Assembly: GCA_964016885.1 (NCBI GenBank)
Contig: OZ024761.1
Coordinates: 26,164,001 to 26,228,000 of the forward strand
Direction of reading: 5' to 3'
DNA from: Eledone cirrhosa
Taxonomy: Eukaryota
Length of the DNA stretch: 64,000 nucleotides
Under the pieces are notes generated by a model that was not told the DNA's origin, did no database searches, and saw only the letters and a list, made by a program, of their open reading frames with translations. Positions 50,701-64,000 of this stretch are shown piece after piece. The first letter of the stretch is position 1; each line of letters opens with the position of its first letter. Both the position numbers and the translations under genes were made by a program.

Positions 50701-52332
50701 CATTACAATCTTCACTCAAACCATCACTCTGAACATCACCATTACTCTCACCATCACCATCACCTTCACCATCACCATCACCTCCACCTTTCCCTACAGC
50801 CATCATTATGATCTTCACTCAAACCATCACTCTGAACATCACCATTACTCTCACCATCACCATCACCTTCACCATCACCATCACCTCCACCTTTCCCTAC
50901 AGCCATCATTATGATCTTCACTCAAACCATCACTCTGAACATCACCATTACTCTCACCATCACCATCACCTTCACCATCACCATCACCTCCACCTTTCCC
51001 TACAGCCATCATTATGATCTTCACTCAAACCATCACTCTGAACATCACCATTACTCTCACCATCACCATCACCTTCACCATCACCATCACCTCCACCTTT
51101 CCCTACAGCCATCATTATGATCTTCACTCAAACCATCACTCTGAACATCACCATTACTCTCACCATCACCATCACCTTCACCATCACCATCACCTCCACC
51201 TTTCCCTACAGCCATCATTATGATCTTCACTCAAACCATCACTCTGAACATCACCATCACTCTCACCATCACCATCACCTTCACCATCACCATCACCTCC
51301 ACCTTTCCCTACAGCCATCATTACAATCTTCACTCAAACCATCACTCTCAACATCACCATCACTCTCACCATCACCATCACCTTCACCATCACCATCACC
51401 TCCACCTTTCCCTACAGCCATCATTATGATCTTCACTCAAACCCTCACTCTGAACATCACCATCACGATCACCATCACCATCACCTTCACCATCACCATC
51501 ACCTCCACCTTTCCCTACAGCCATCATTATGATCTTCACTCAAACCCTCACTCTGAACATCACCATCACGATCACCATCACCATCACCTTCACCATCACC
51601 ATCACCTCCACCTTTCCCTACCGCCATCATTACAATCTTCACTCAAACCATCACTCTGAACATCACCATTACTCTCACCATCACCATCACCTTCACCATC
51701 ACCATCACCTCCACCTTTCCCTACCGCCATCATTACAATCTTCACTCAAACCATCACTCTGAACATCACCATCACGATCACCATCACCATCACCTTCACC
51801 ATCACCATCACCTCCACCTTTACCTACAGCCATCATTACAATCTTCACTCAAACCATCACTCTCAACATCACCATCACGATCACCATCACCATCACCTTC
51901 ACCATCACCAACACCTCCACCTTTCCCTACCGCCATCATTACAATCTTCACTCAAACCATCACTCTCAACATCACCATCACGATCACCATCACCATCACC
52001 TTCACCATCACCAACACCTCCACCTTTACCTACAGCCATCATTACAATCTTCACTCAAACCATCACTCTCAACATCACCATCACGATCACCATCACCATC
52101 ACCTTCACCATCACCAACACCTCCACCTTTCCCTACCGCCATCATTACAATCTTCACTCAAACCATCACTCTCAACATCACCATCACGATCACCATCACC
52201 ATCACCTTCACCATCACCAACACCTCCACCTTTCCCTACCGCCATCATTACAATCTTCACTCAAACCATCACTCTCAACATCACCATTACTCTCACCATC
52301 ACCATCACCATCACCTTCGCCATCACCATCAC
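47755..52332 (+). repeat. ~103-bp satellite array, about 44 units, built on CATCAC sub-repeats
   Basis: ORF starts at 50808/50911/51014/51117/51220 show the 103-bp period. Length variants mostly differ by multiples of 6 bp. Confidence 0.95.
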
Positions 52333-52813
52333 GTTTTGTCGTTTCTATTCTTTTATTTTTCCCTCACATCTGAAATTCTCCAACTAATATTGTAAGGATA
52401 AACAACGACTTTAATGCTACAACTTCATTTCATGTGAAATATTTTATTCATTCGTGACACAGAATTACTGGGTATATATTTTTTTCTTTTTTTCTCTTTT
52501 GTTAGAAAATCTTTATGAAACGTTTGAATATTACTAAATTTAATTAATTAGAGATTCTGGGGTTATTTTCTCTCTCTCTCCTGATACAATTCCACATTAT
52601 CAAATTAGACTTTTGTTTTATTTCCGATAAAATATAATAATTAAGTTATCTTTTTACATAATTTTTCTAACTATTCATATTATATTACTTTTAAGGAATC
52701 ACTAGAAATGGTTAGTACGTATTAATTTTATTTTCTGACAAATGCTATTAAGTCTAAATGTTAAAGTACATTTTAGTTTTTAAGAAAGAAATTTGTATTG
52801 ATTTTTATTTCAG

Positions 52814-52882
52814 GACGAATATGAATATTTGTACAAGAAAGGAATACAATTACGAGGCATGATGCATTGCACTTCTGTGCAA
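52814..52882 (+). CDS. Candidate 69-nt symmetric (phase 0) exon, unknown product
   Basis: Strong acceptor atttttatttcAG, frame DEYEYLYKKGIQLRGMMHCTSVQ, weak donor CAA|GTATTC. Confidence 0.25.
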
Positions 52883-52949
52883 GTATTCTTATTGAAATCT
52901 CGAACGGATATGTTGTGAATATATGTTTAGCAATTGCTTCGTCATTTTA

Positions 52950-53515
52950 AGGAAGCGCGTATCCTAGTGGTTAGGGTGTACTTTAACATTTAGACTAATC
53001 ATTACAAGTGATGCCTTAAAAATAATTGTTTCTGCTTTTGGCAAAAGGTCAGCAATTACCCAGTACATTACTGGGTTTTTTTTATTTTATCGACCCCGTA
53101 AGGATGAAAGCCAAGTTAACCTCGGCGGGATTTGAACTCGGCAAGGTCCATAATTCTATGTGTCAAAGCCTGGCGTCCGACCCTCTACCGATACTGCCAA
53201 TTCACCGCCCCTTAAAAATAATATATGAATAGTTAGAAAAAGGATGTAAAAATATCATAATGTCGTGGGTTCGATTCCTGAGCTGGGTTCTGCTTTGTGC
53301 TCTTGAGCAAAACACTTCATTTCACGTTGCTTCAGTATACCCCAGCATATTCAGCTGAAAAAGGGGTACTAGCAATAACTGGGGGTTTAACCTTGCAATG
53401 GACTGGCGTCCTCTCCATGGGAGGTGGGAGTCTTGCACTCCCAGTCACTTCAGGCCACGGGATCCGGGATAAGCATCGGTTTGATTTGCCTCCAGGATTG
53501 AGACAGACTTGAGAC
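52950..53515 (+). mobile_element. SINE A split into head (52950-52980) and body (53253-53515) by an insertion
   Basis: GGAAGCGCGTATCCTAGTGGTTAGGGTGT continues as ATCATAATGTCGTGGGTTCGATTCCTG, as in 1905-1970. Confidence 0.8.
53027..53209 (-). mobile_element. SINE B, full length with 13-bp TSD
   Basis: CCTTAAAAATAAT at 53014-53026 and 53210-53222. Confidence 0.9.
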
Positions 53516-53854
53516 TTCGTCGTATTAGACGCTCAGTAAACACAGAAACATCATTGATTCAATACACAGTGGGACCTCGTTTCATGATCGTAATTCATTT
53601 CTGAAGGTAGTTCGTCACACGAAATGTACTTAAACTGAAACTGCAGGCAGCTGACCTTGAGGAAGGAGCCGCATGAGGTGGGTGTTGCTGACCATTGTCC
53701 TTGGAAATGCTTTTGCAGTCTTATCCGAAGGTCGCAGCCCACCATCACCGTCCCTTTCCCCCCCCTCCTCCTATTTTTCTATGACAATGGACCACTTGCC
53801 CTTCCTCTAATTTTCCGTTTTGAAGTGTCTGTAGTGTTGGTGTTATTTGAACTA

Positions 53855-54545
53855 GGGTTGACTTTGCCTTTCATCCTTACGGGGTCGATAAAATAAAGTA
53901 CCAGTAATACACTGGTGAATTTGCTGGCCTTTTGCCTAGCGTAGAAACAGTTATTTGAACTAGGGCCGTTTACAATGTTTTCGATTTTTATTAATAGAAC
54001 ATAGCAGGGCGGTGTATTGGTAATATCGGTAGAGGGTCGGACGCCATGCTTTGCAGCATAGAGTTACGGCCCTTTATGATCTCAGTTCAAATCCCGCCGA
54101 GATTAACTTTGCCTTTCATCCTTACGGGGTCGATAAAATAAAGTACCAGTCACACACTGGTATCGATTTAATCGACTTTCCCCTCCTCCCAAAAGCGATC
54201 GCATTGTGCCTATATAAGAAACCATTAATAGAGCATAGCTGAAAAATATCTTTAACATACTTTATCATGTCGATGAGAACAATCATACAGAACATTAAAA
54301 TATATAAACACATAAGTATGATACACCTCTACGGCATGACAATATGGGAATACGACATATAACTAGTATTTATGAGAATCGGTAGAGCGTCTGACACCAT
54401 GCATTGTATCATAGTTATAGCCCTTTACGTTCTGAGTTCAAATCTCGGCGAGGTCACCTTTGCGTTTCATCCTTAGGAGATCGATAAAATAAAGTACCAG
54501 TAATGTACTGGGGTAATTGCTGGCCTTGTGCCAAAAGTAGAAACA
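53855..54545 (+). mobile_element. Three SINE B copies (~53855-53950, 54008-54225, 54375-54545)
   Basis: Family B core in each. Confidence 0.85.
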
Positions 54546-54644
54546 TTACACTGAGCGATTCCTGTACACGTGATTACACGCACCTGCCGATCTCTCGTAT
54601 CTACATATCCTAGCGCGACTGTGCACGCATGCTTGTTTATAGAC

Positions 54645-54830
54645 GTTATCATCACCATCATTATCATCATCAATTTACGTCCACTTTCCCCTGCTTGCGA
54701 GGGTGGGACGGGTCCTATTCAGCACAGCATCTCTCCACTTGTCACGGTCCTTCGTGAGGTTCAGCCATCTGAGGTGTGCTCGCAACCACCTCCACCCATG
54801 TTTTTCGTGGTCTTGCTCTACTGCGTTTTC
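54645..54830 (-). mobile_element. RTE-clade LINE 3' end (different family), frameshifted, (TGA)n tail
   Basis: Minus strand GKRSRARPRKTWVEVV.../TKDRDKWRDAVLNRTRPTLASRGKWT* followed by TGATGATGA repeats. Confidence 0.75.
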
Positions 54831-54832
54831 CT

Positions 54833-54873
<41 letters not shown>

Positions 54874-55055
54874 TTACATAGAGTGTCTATAAGAACGTAC
54901 CTATTTATGACTACCGGCTATATAGAACCTACACCGGTACTTGGCCCCAGTTACCTTTGAGTGGCTTGTATAATATATGTGCATATACAAGTATAATTTT
55001 AAATGTATGTCAGTTTCTACTGTTTGTTAAAAAAGCCTTTATTCAACCTCATAAT

Positions 55056-55282
55056 GATTTCTTATATAGGCACAAGGCCAGTAATTTTTTTTTTTGGGGG
55101 GGGGGGGGTGCATAAGCGATTAAATCGACCCTAGTACGTCACTGGTCCTTTATTTTATCGACCCCATAAGGATGAAAAGCCAAGTTAACCTCTGCGGGAT
55201 TTTAACTCAGACCGTAAAGTGCCGTAACTCTATGCTACAAAGTATGGCGTCCGACTCTCTACCGATACTGCCAATCCACCAC
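55056..55282 (-). mobile_element. SINE B (long-tail subfamily), full length with 18-bp TSD
   Basis: TTTATTCAACCTCATAAT at 55038-55055 and 55286-55303. Confidence 0.9.
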
Positions 55283-56114
55283 TATTTTATTCAACCTCAT
55301 AATACGAGTATGTATGTTTTTTGGGGTTTATATCAATTCAATAAGTAATTGCATTACCAGGCTGGCATCTAAATACCGGGTGGAAGTTAATAGATCAGTT
55401 AAGGAAGTTTACACCGTTCGTAGTGTTACACGTCATAGCACCGGTATATTTTGAATTTTCTAGTTGTTCATACTACACCGTTATAACAAGACTTGCCGAC
55501 GGAAACATGTTCAAAACGAATTTAACGTCTTCACTTCATATAATTCAAAGTGAGTAATATAATTTAAAAATTCTACGCTTATTAGTAACACACATATTTA
55601 TGTAGAATTTAAGGATTTTACACTTCACAATACTGTGGACTTCCGATAAATTACCATATCATTTTCTCTCTTGAACAACTTGACTCTTCGGGTATACTCA
55701 CATATTACTAACGCTTGTACAAAAAGACTGTTATATACCATTGCACAAAAAGACCGTTCTATATCACTGCATAAAAACTATTATATACCGTTACACAAAA
55801 AGACTGTTGCATGTACTTCACAAGCCTAACAATTCTTCTTCGCTCTATATACCACTTAAAACCCGGCGTATGATTTGTTCCGTTGTTCATTGTTTACATA
55901 TATTCTCGTAAATGTGATGAGTCAACCTTCGTTTCCAGACTCCTGCTGGCATGCATTTGAGAAGAATGCTTTTGGGTTTTGTCCACGGGGCGTAGCCCTT
56001 TTACCGCTGGGGCATAGGCGCACAGCCCAATCACCCTCCCCCATTATTCGGTGAAACTAAAGTCCTGGCCATTTCATCCCCTTTCCCGCTTATTTATTCT
56101 TTAAAAAATATATA

Positions 56115-56520
56115 ATCGTTTCTACTTTTGGCACAAGTTCAGCAATCATCCCAGTGTATTACTGGTACTTTATTTTATCGACCCCGTAAGGATGAAAGGG
56201 AAAGTTAACCTCGACGAGATTTGAACTCAGACCGTAAAGGGACGTAACTATGCTGGAAAGCATGGCGTCCTACCCTCCACTGATACTGCCATAGTCAGAT
56301 AATGAAATGTAGATTTACTAACCATGAAATGTATATGGACGTAACTATGCCGGAAAACTATCTTTAAAATACTTTATCATATCGATGAGAACAACAATAT
56401 AGATCATTAAAATATTAAAGTTAACCTCGTCGAAATATTAACACCGAACGTAAAGGGCCGTGACTCTGTGCTGCAAAGCATGGTGTCCAACTCTCTACCA
56501 ATATTGCCAATCCACCGCCC
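56115..56520 (-). mobile_element. Two SINE B copies (~56115-56290, ~56417-56520)
   Basis: Reverse complement of family B. Confidence 0.82.
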
Positions 56521-56975
56521 TCTTAAAAAAGATAATACCATGTCAATTATTAATTGTATCTGATTGTTTCCTCGTTTATATTTATTAACACGACTCTTAT
56601 CTGTATAGCAAGAGTTAAGATTACATATAGATTTTATTTAACAACACTAACTGCCTCAGTATTAAATATGTATTCTCTCCGGGCCCCAACTTCTTAACTG
56701 CATGTCTGTTAGCCTTACGATGTATATCTTTGGTCGGACGCAGAATCCTGTTTACCGTTGCCTTTCAGTGTGTATAGAGTTTCACACACCTTCCCCAAAA
56801 TAATAGTGGATTGGTCCACTATAATTACATATATATACTGGGTCAACTAGTGGATTCGTCCACTATAATTACATATATATATACGTAGTGTGAACAAGAC
56901 TTCACATCCAATACAGAATTTTTCTATTTTTCTACCTGGCTCTCTTGCTAACCCATGCGAAGGCGTACGTCAGCT

Positions 56976-57006
<31 letters not shown>

Positions 57007-57226
57007 GTGTGTGTATATGTATGTATATATATATATATATATGTGTGTATATGTATGTATATATATATATATATGTGTATATTTATGTATGTATATATAT
57101 ATATATATGTGTGTATATGTATGTATATATATATATATATGTGTGTATATGTATGTATATATATATATATGTGTGTGTATATGTATGTATGTATGTATAT
57201 ATATATGTGTATATGTATGTATATAT

Positions 57227-57693
57227 GAACCTCTACTCCTTGGAGCGAAGACGGGAGAGATACGCAGTGATCTACATGTGGAAAATCCTGGAGGGACTAG
57301 CACCAAACTTTGGCATTGGGAGCTGGACCAACCGTCGAACAGGACGTCACTGTGTGGTGCCAAAGGTCCCGTCTTCCACATCTAGAATAAGGAGCAGGTA
57401 TTGCAATAGCCTGGGATTCAAGGGCCCTCAACTCTTCAACAGGCTGCCGAGAGATCTGAGAGACTTGCATGACGTGGAGGTGGATGTCTTTAAGAAACAT
57501 CTCGACACCTTGTTATCCAGGATCCCGGATGAGCCCACAGCAAGACACGAGGGAAACCTAAGGGCACTAGCAACAAACTCCCTCTTACACCAGTGGCCAA
57601 CCTATACAGGCTGGAGATAAAATATGTAGCAACAAGAGCGTTGCCCCAGCATGGCCTCAGCCGGTTGGCTGAAACAGGTAAAAGAGTAAAATA
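57227..57693 (+). mobile_element. 5'-truncated CR1-group LINE: ORF2 C-terminus (stop 57618-57620) plus 3' UTR
   Basis: [27 protein letters not shown]...[13 protein letters not shown]...[17 protein letters not shown] matches the CR1-type C-terminal SLERRR..WKI..G..PN / N.LP / FK..LD..L motifs. Uninterrupted frame, GTAAAA-repeat tail, within a (TA)-rich array. Confidence 0.85.
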
Positions 57694-58079
57694 TGTTTAT
57701 ATATATATATGTGTATATATATGTATATATATATGTGTATATATATGTATATATATATGTGTATATATATGTATATATATATGTGTATATATATGTATAT
57801 ATATATGTGTATATATATGTATATATATATGTGTATATATATGTATATATATATGTGTATATATATGTATATATATATGTATTTATAGATGTGTATATAT
57901 ATATGTATATATGTGTATATATATATATGTGTGTGTGTGAGTAGTAATGAAAAGCAATACATTTGTAGATTTGCTTTGACATCCCATCTATGATTTATAA
58001 ACATTATCCGGCATACCAACTATGGATAGAAGTAACACAAAATACATATCTACCTGCACACACACACACACACACACAT

Positions 58080-58083
58080 ATAT

Positions 58084-58133
<50 letters not shown>

Positions 58134-58443
58134 ATATATATATATATATATATATATATATGGATATATATATATATATGGATATATATGGATATATATA
58201 TATATATATATGGATATATATATATATATATATATATATATGGATATATATATATATATATGGATATATATGGATGGATATATATATATATATATATGGA
58301 TATATATGGATATATATATATATATATATATATATATGGATATATATGGATATATATGGATGGATATATATATATATATATATGGATATATATGGATATA
58401 TATATATATATATATATATATATGGATATATATGGATATATAT

Positions 58444-58483
<40 letters not shown>

Positions 58484-58491
58484 ATATATAT

Positions 58492-58527
<36 letters not shown>

Positions 58528-59107
58528 ATATATATATATGGATATATATATATATATATGGATATATATATATATATATATATATATGGATATATATATA
58601 TGGATATATATATATATATATGGATATATATATATATATATATATATATGGATATATATGGATATATATATATATATATATATATATATGGATATATATA
58701 TATATATATATATGGATATATATATATATATATATGGATATATATATATATATATATGGATATATATATATATATATATGGATATATATATATATATATG
58801 GATATATATATATATATATGGATATATATATATATATATATATGGATATATATATATATATATATATGGATATATATATATATATATATGGATATATATA
58901 TATATATATATGGATATATATATATATATATATATGGATATATATATATATATATATATATGGATATATATATATATATATATATGGATATATATATATA
59001 TATATATATATGGATATATATATATATATATATATGGATATATATATATATATATATGGATATATATATATATATATATATATGGATATATATATATATA
59101 TATATAT

Positions 59108-59143
<36 letters not shown>

Positions 59144-59800
59144 ATATATATATGGATATATATATGGATATATATATATATATATGGATATATATATGGA
59201 TATATATATATATGGATATATATATATATATATATAGATATGGATATATATAGATATGGATATATAATGTATATATATAGATATGGATATATAATGTATA
59301 TATATAGATATGGATATATATAGATATGGATATATAATGTATATATATAGATATGGATATATATATATATGGATATATAATATATATAGATATGGATATA
59401 TATAGATATGGATATATATATATATGGATATATAATATATATAGATATGGATATATATATATATGGATATATAGATATGGATATATATATATGGATATAT
59501 ATATGGATATATATATATATGGATATATATATATATGGATATATAGATATGGATATATATATATGGATATATATATGGATATATATATATATATATATGG
59601 ATATATATATGGATATATATATATATATATATGGATATATATATGGATATATATATGGATATATATATATATGGATATATATATATATATATATATATAT
59701 ATGGATATATATATATGGATATATATATATGGATATATATATATGGATATATATATATGGATATATATATATGGATATATATATATGGATATATATATAT

Positions 59801-59834
<34 letters not shown>

Positions 59835-59846
59835 ATATATATATAT

Positions 59847-59880
<34 letters not shown>

Positions 59881-60886
59881 ATATATATATATGGATATAT
59901 ATATATGGATATATATATATATATGGATATATATATATATATGGATATATATATATATATGGATATATATATATATATGGATATATATATATGGATATAT
60001 ATATATAGATATATATATATAGATATATATATATAGATATATGGATATATATATATATGGATATATAGATATATGGATATATATATATATATGGATATAT
60101 ATATATATATGGATATATATATATATATATGGATATATATATATATATGGATATATATATATATATGGATATATATATATATATATATGGATATATATAT
60201 ATATATGGATATATATATATATATATGGATATATATATATATATGGATATATATATATATATATGGATATATATATATATATATGGATATATATATATAT
60301 ATATGGATATATATATATATATATGGATATATATATATATATATGGATATATATATATATATATGGATATATATATATATATATGGATATATATATATAT
60401 ATATGGATATATATATATATATATGGATATATATATATATATATGGATATATATATATATATATGGATATATATATATATATATGGATATATATATATAA
60501 ACACATATGTGTATATGGATATATATATATAAACACATATGTGTATATGGATATATATATATAAACACATATGTGTATATGGATATATATATATAAACAC
60601 ATATGTGTATATGGATATATATATATAAACACATATGTGTATATGGATATATATATATATAAACACATATGTGTATATGGATATATATATATAAACACAT
60701 ATGTGTATATATATATATATATAAACACATATGTGTATATATATATATATATAAACACATATGTGTATATATATATATATATAAACACATATGTGTATAT
60801 ATGTATATATATATAAACACATATGTGTATATATGTATATATATATAAACACATATGTGTATATATGTATATATATATAAACACAC

Positions 60887-60922
<36 letters not shown>

Positions 60923-60960
60923 ACATATGTATATATATATAAACACATATATATATATGT
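58080..60960. repeat. (TA)n array punctuated by GG, grading into 20-bp and ~32-bp minisatellites
   Basis: Directly visible. Confidence 0.95.
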
Positions 60961-60983
60961 ACATATACATGTATACATAGCTA

Positions 60984-61028
<45 letters not shown>

Positions 61029-61269
61029 AAACTGATGTTGTTAGTGATAATGATTATAATAACACCAACACCAACAATTACAACAACAACAACAACAATA
61101 ACACCATCAATAGTAAAAACATTATAAAAACAATGTATTAGACACAGTAAACTAATTACATAGCTGGTCTGTTTAACAATATTACACTTGTAATATTTTA
61201 GTGTAGAATATAGTGTAAAAATATAGGGAATAGTGTAACAAGGTAGACTAGATTTCCAGGAGATTAAGC

Positions 61270-62860
61270 CGTTATTACTACTACTGCGATTACTGCTACT
61301 ACTACTACTATTACTGCTACTTCTGCTACTGTTACTACTGCTACTACTACTACTACTATTACTGCTACTACTATTACTGTTACTACTATTACTGCTACTA
61401 CTACTGCTACTATTACTGCTACTACTGCTGCTACTACTACTATTACTGCTACTACTACTATTACTGCTACTACTACTACTATTACTGCTACTTCTGCTAC
61501 TATTGCTACTACTACAACTGCTACTACTACTACTACTATTACTGCTACTACTACTACTACTACTACTAATACTATTACTGCTGCTACTACTATTACTGCG
61601 TCTGCTACTACTACTATTACTGCTACCTCTACTGCTACTACTACTACTACTACGGCTACTACCACTACTATTACTGCTGCTACTACTACTACTACTACAA
61701 CGGCTACTACCACTACTATTACTGCAATTACTAACACTACTACTGCAACTACTACTACTGCAACTATTGCAACTACTACCAACTATTACTACTACCATCT
61801 ACTAGCACTACTACTACTATTGTAACTACTACTGCAACTATTACTATTACTACTACTGCAACTATTACTACTACTGCAACTACTACTACTACTGCAACTA
61901 CTACTACTACTGCAACTACTACTACTGCAACAATCGTAGGAGTAGCTACAACAACAATACCAGCTGCACTAGAAGTAGCTGCAACAACAACAATACTAGC
62001 CACAGTAGCTGCAACAACAAGTGCTGTGGTAGAAGCTGCAACAACAATAAAAACGACAGTAGGTGCAACTATAATAACAGCCGCAGCAATTGTTGTACAA
62101 TAACACAACAGCAACAACAACAACATCAGTTGCATCAGCAGTAGTAGGTGCAACTATAATAACAGCGGCAGCAGTTGTTGTACAATAACACAACAGCAAC
62201 AACAACATCAGTTGCAGCAGCAGTAGTAGGTGCAACAATAACAACAGCCGCAGCAGTTGTTGTACAATAACACTACAGCAACAACATCAGTTGCAGCAGC
62301 AGTAGTAGGTGCAACAATAACAGCCGCAGCAGTTGTTGTACAATAACACTACAGCAACAACAACAACATCAGTTGCAGCAGCAGTAGTAGATACAACAAC
62401 AATACCAGTCGCAGTAGTAGGTACAATAACACGACAGCAACAACAACAGTTGCAGCAGCAGTAGTAGCTACAACAACAATACCAGTCGCAGCAGTAGTAG
62501 CTACAACAACAAAACAACAATACCAGTCGCAGCAGTAGTAGCTACAACAACAACACAAACAACAATACCAGTCGCAGCAGTAGTAGCTACAACAAAACAA
62601 TACCAGTCGCAGCAGTAGTAGCTACAACAACAAAAACACCAGTCGCAGCAGTAGTAGTTACAACACAAACAACAATACCAGTCGCAGCACTAGTAGCTAC
62701 AACAACAACAACAAAACAACAATACCAGTCGCAGCAGCAGTAGTAGTTACAACAACAACAACAACAGTCACAGCAGTCGTAGGTACAACAGCAACAACAA
62801 CAATACCAGCATCAGCAGCAATAGCAGCAACAACAATAACAACAACAGCTTCAACAACAT
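61270..62860. repeat. (ACT)n-like array followed by CAA/GCA/GTA compound minisatellite
   Basis: Directly visible, with recurring ATACCAGTCGCAGCAGTAGTAG. Confidence 0.92.
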
Positions 62861-62975
62861 CGATCAAGATGGCGTACGATATAGCCGCGTTAAAAAAATC
62901 ACACAAACAGTTTATCTTGATTCATATCAACCCTTATCATAGATGTCGGAACGACGATGTTACTAACACAATATT

Positions 62976-63031
<56 letters not shown>

Positions 63032-63320
63032 AAATAAATATATATCTATATATATATCTATATATATATCTATATATATATGTTTATTTTACATATGTAT
63101 ATATGTTTATATATATCCAGGAACAGACATATGTGTACATAAATATAAATATATATATATATAGGAGAACATAAATAAATATGTATCTATATATATTATT
63201 ATTTTACATATGTATGTATATATATATATATATATATATGTTCCTTCATATATATGTTTATATATATGTTTATATATATCCAGGAACATATTTATGCGTA
63301 CATAAATATAATATATACAT

Positions 63321-63389
<69 letters not shown>

Positions 63390-64000
63390 TGTATTCGTAT
63401 ATATATATATATTTCTGTATACACTTATGTTTGTGTGAACTTTTAAGTGATTTTGTGTACGTATTTGGGTGAGACTGTAGTTTATGTATGCATGTATATA
63501 TGTCTGTATGTGCATGTATGTATATGTGTAGATATATGAATTTATATGTGCATGTGAAATATCTGATATAAAGGGAGAAAAAAATTGAGTTCTTAGAGAT
63601 TTATGAAGTATAAAAATTAGATAGAATATCTCCAAATGTTTTCCGATAACATTTATAATATTTATATTTGACACTTCTTTTGGTGTGTGATATCGTTTCG
63701 TCCAGATAGCTAATCTATCTTTTGATATTCAGTGTAGAAAATATTTTATATCATGGCGGCGCGAAGTTTTGTTATATACGAGTTATTCTTAAACACTAGT
63801 TTACATTTGTTTAAACAAGCGTAAATATATGCATATATGTATGTATGTATGTATGTATGTATTATGGAAACCTCTATACATATGTACAGAGATACATATA
63901 TATATATATATACACAATTTTTTTTAGCGGACATAATTACTTCGAACAATACAATATTCATACATATGTGCATATGTATGTGTGTTTATATATATATATA

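Noticed and set aside
47755-52332. His-rich protein or CRISPR-like array
   Set aside because: The 103-bp unit breaks frame, there are no unique spacers or cas genes, and the context is eukaryotic.
54240-56415. ~65-bp diverged duplicate at 54240-54305 and 56352-56415, and ~33-bp tandem duplicate at 56804-56882
   Set aside because: Real but short, with no structure suggesting more than ordinary repeat debris.
57988-61798. Very long ORFs (996-1264 aa) and the many other YI/HT/CV-rich ORFs
   Set aside because: They are translations of stop-poor microsatellites, open in several frames and on both strands.

Overview
Repeat-dominated, AT-rich eukaryotic DNA, probably intronic or intergenic. An octopod cephalopod is inferred from the SINE families and the microsatellite load; this is not verified. 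No intact protein-coding gene is recognisable, and almost all ORFs in the track are translations of simple repeats. The window holds long interrupted (TA)n arrays, a ~103-bp satellite (~4.6 kb), a 26-27-bp minisatellite with a ~692-bp higher-order duplication, a triplicated ~0.8-0.9-kb segment, two tRNA-derived SINE families, RTE- and CR1-type LINE fragments, mariner/hAT/Helitron-like relics and a 200-N gap. The most notable signal is a set of mostly unrelated short non-coding islands, often palindromic and mostly embedded in (TA)n, that carry minimal type I hammerhead-ribozyme cores like those of Penelope-like element termini. Four have a complete core with all three stems plausible (13126-13177, 13238-13289, 26761-26805, 27174-27209) and about seven more are decayed. 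Also seen are an inverted duplication bracketing a candidate exon, a SINE-head/Penelope-end chimera in two copies, and a few weak phase-compatible candidate exons. All alignments and folds were done by eye and repeat boundaries are approximate.
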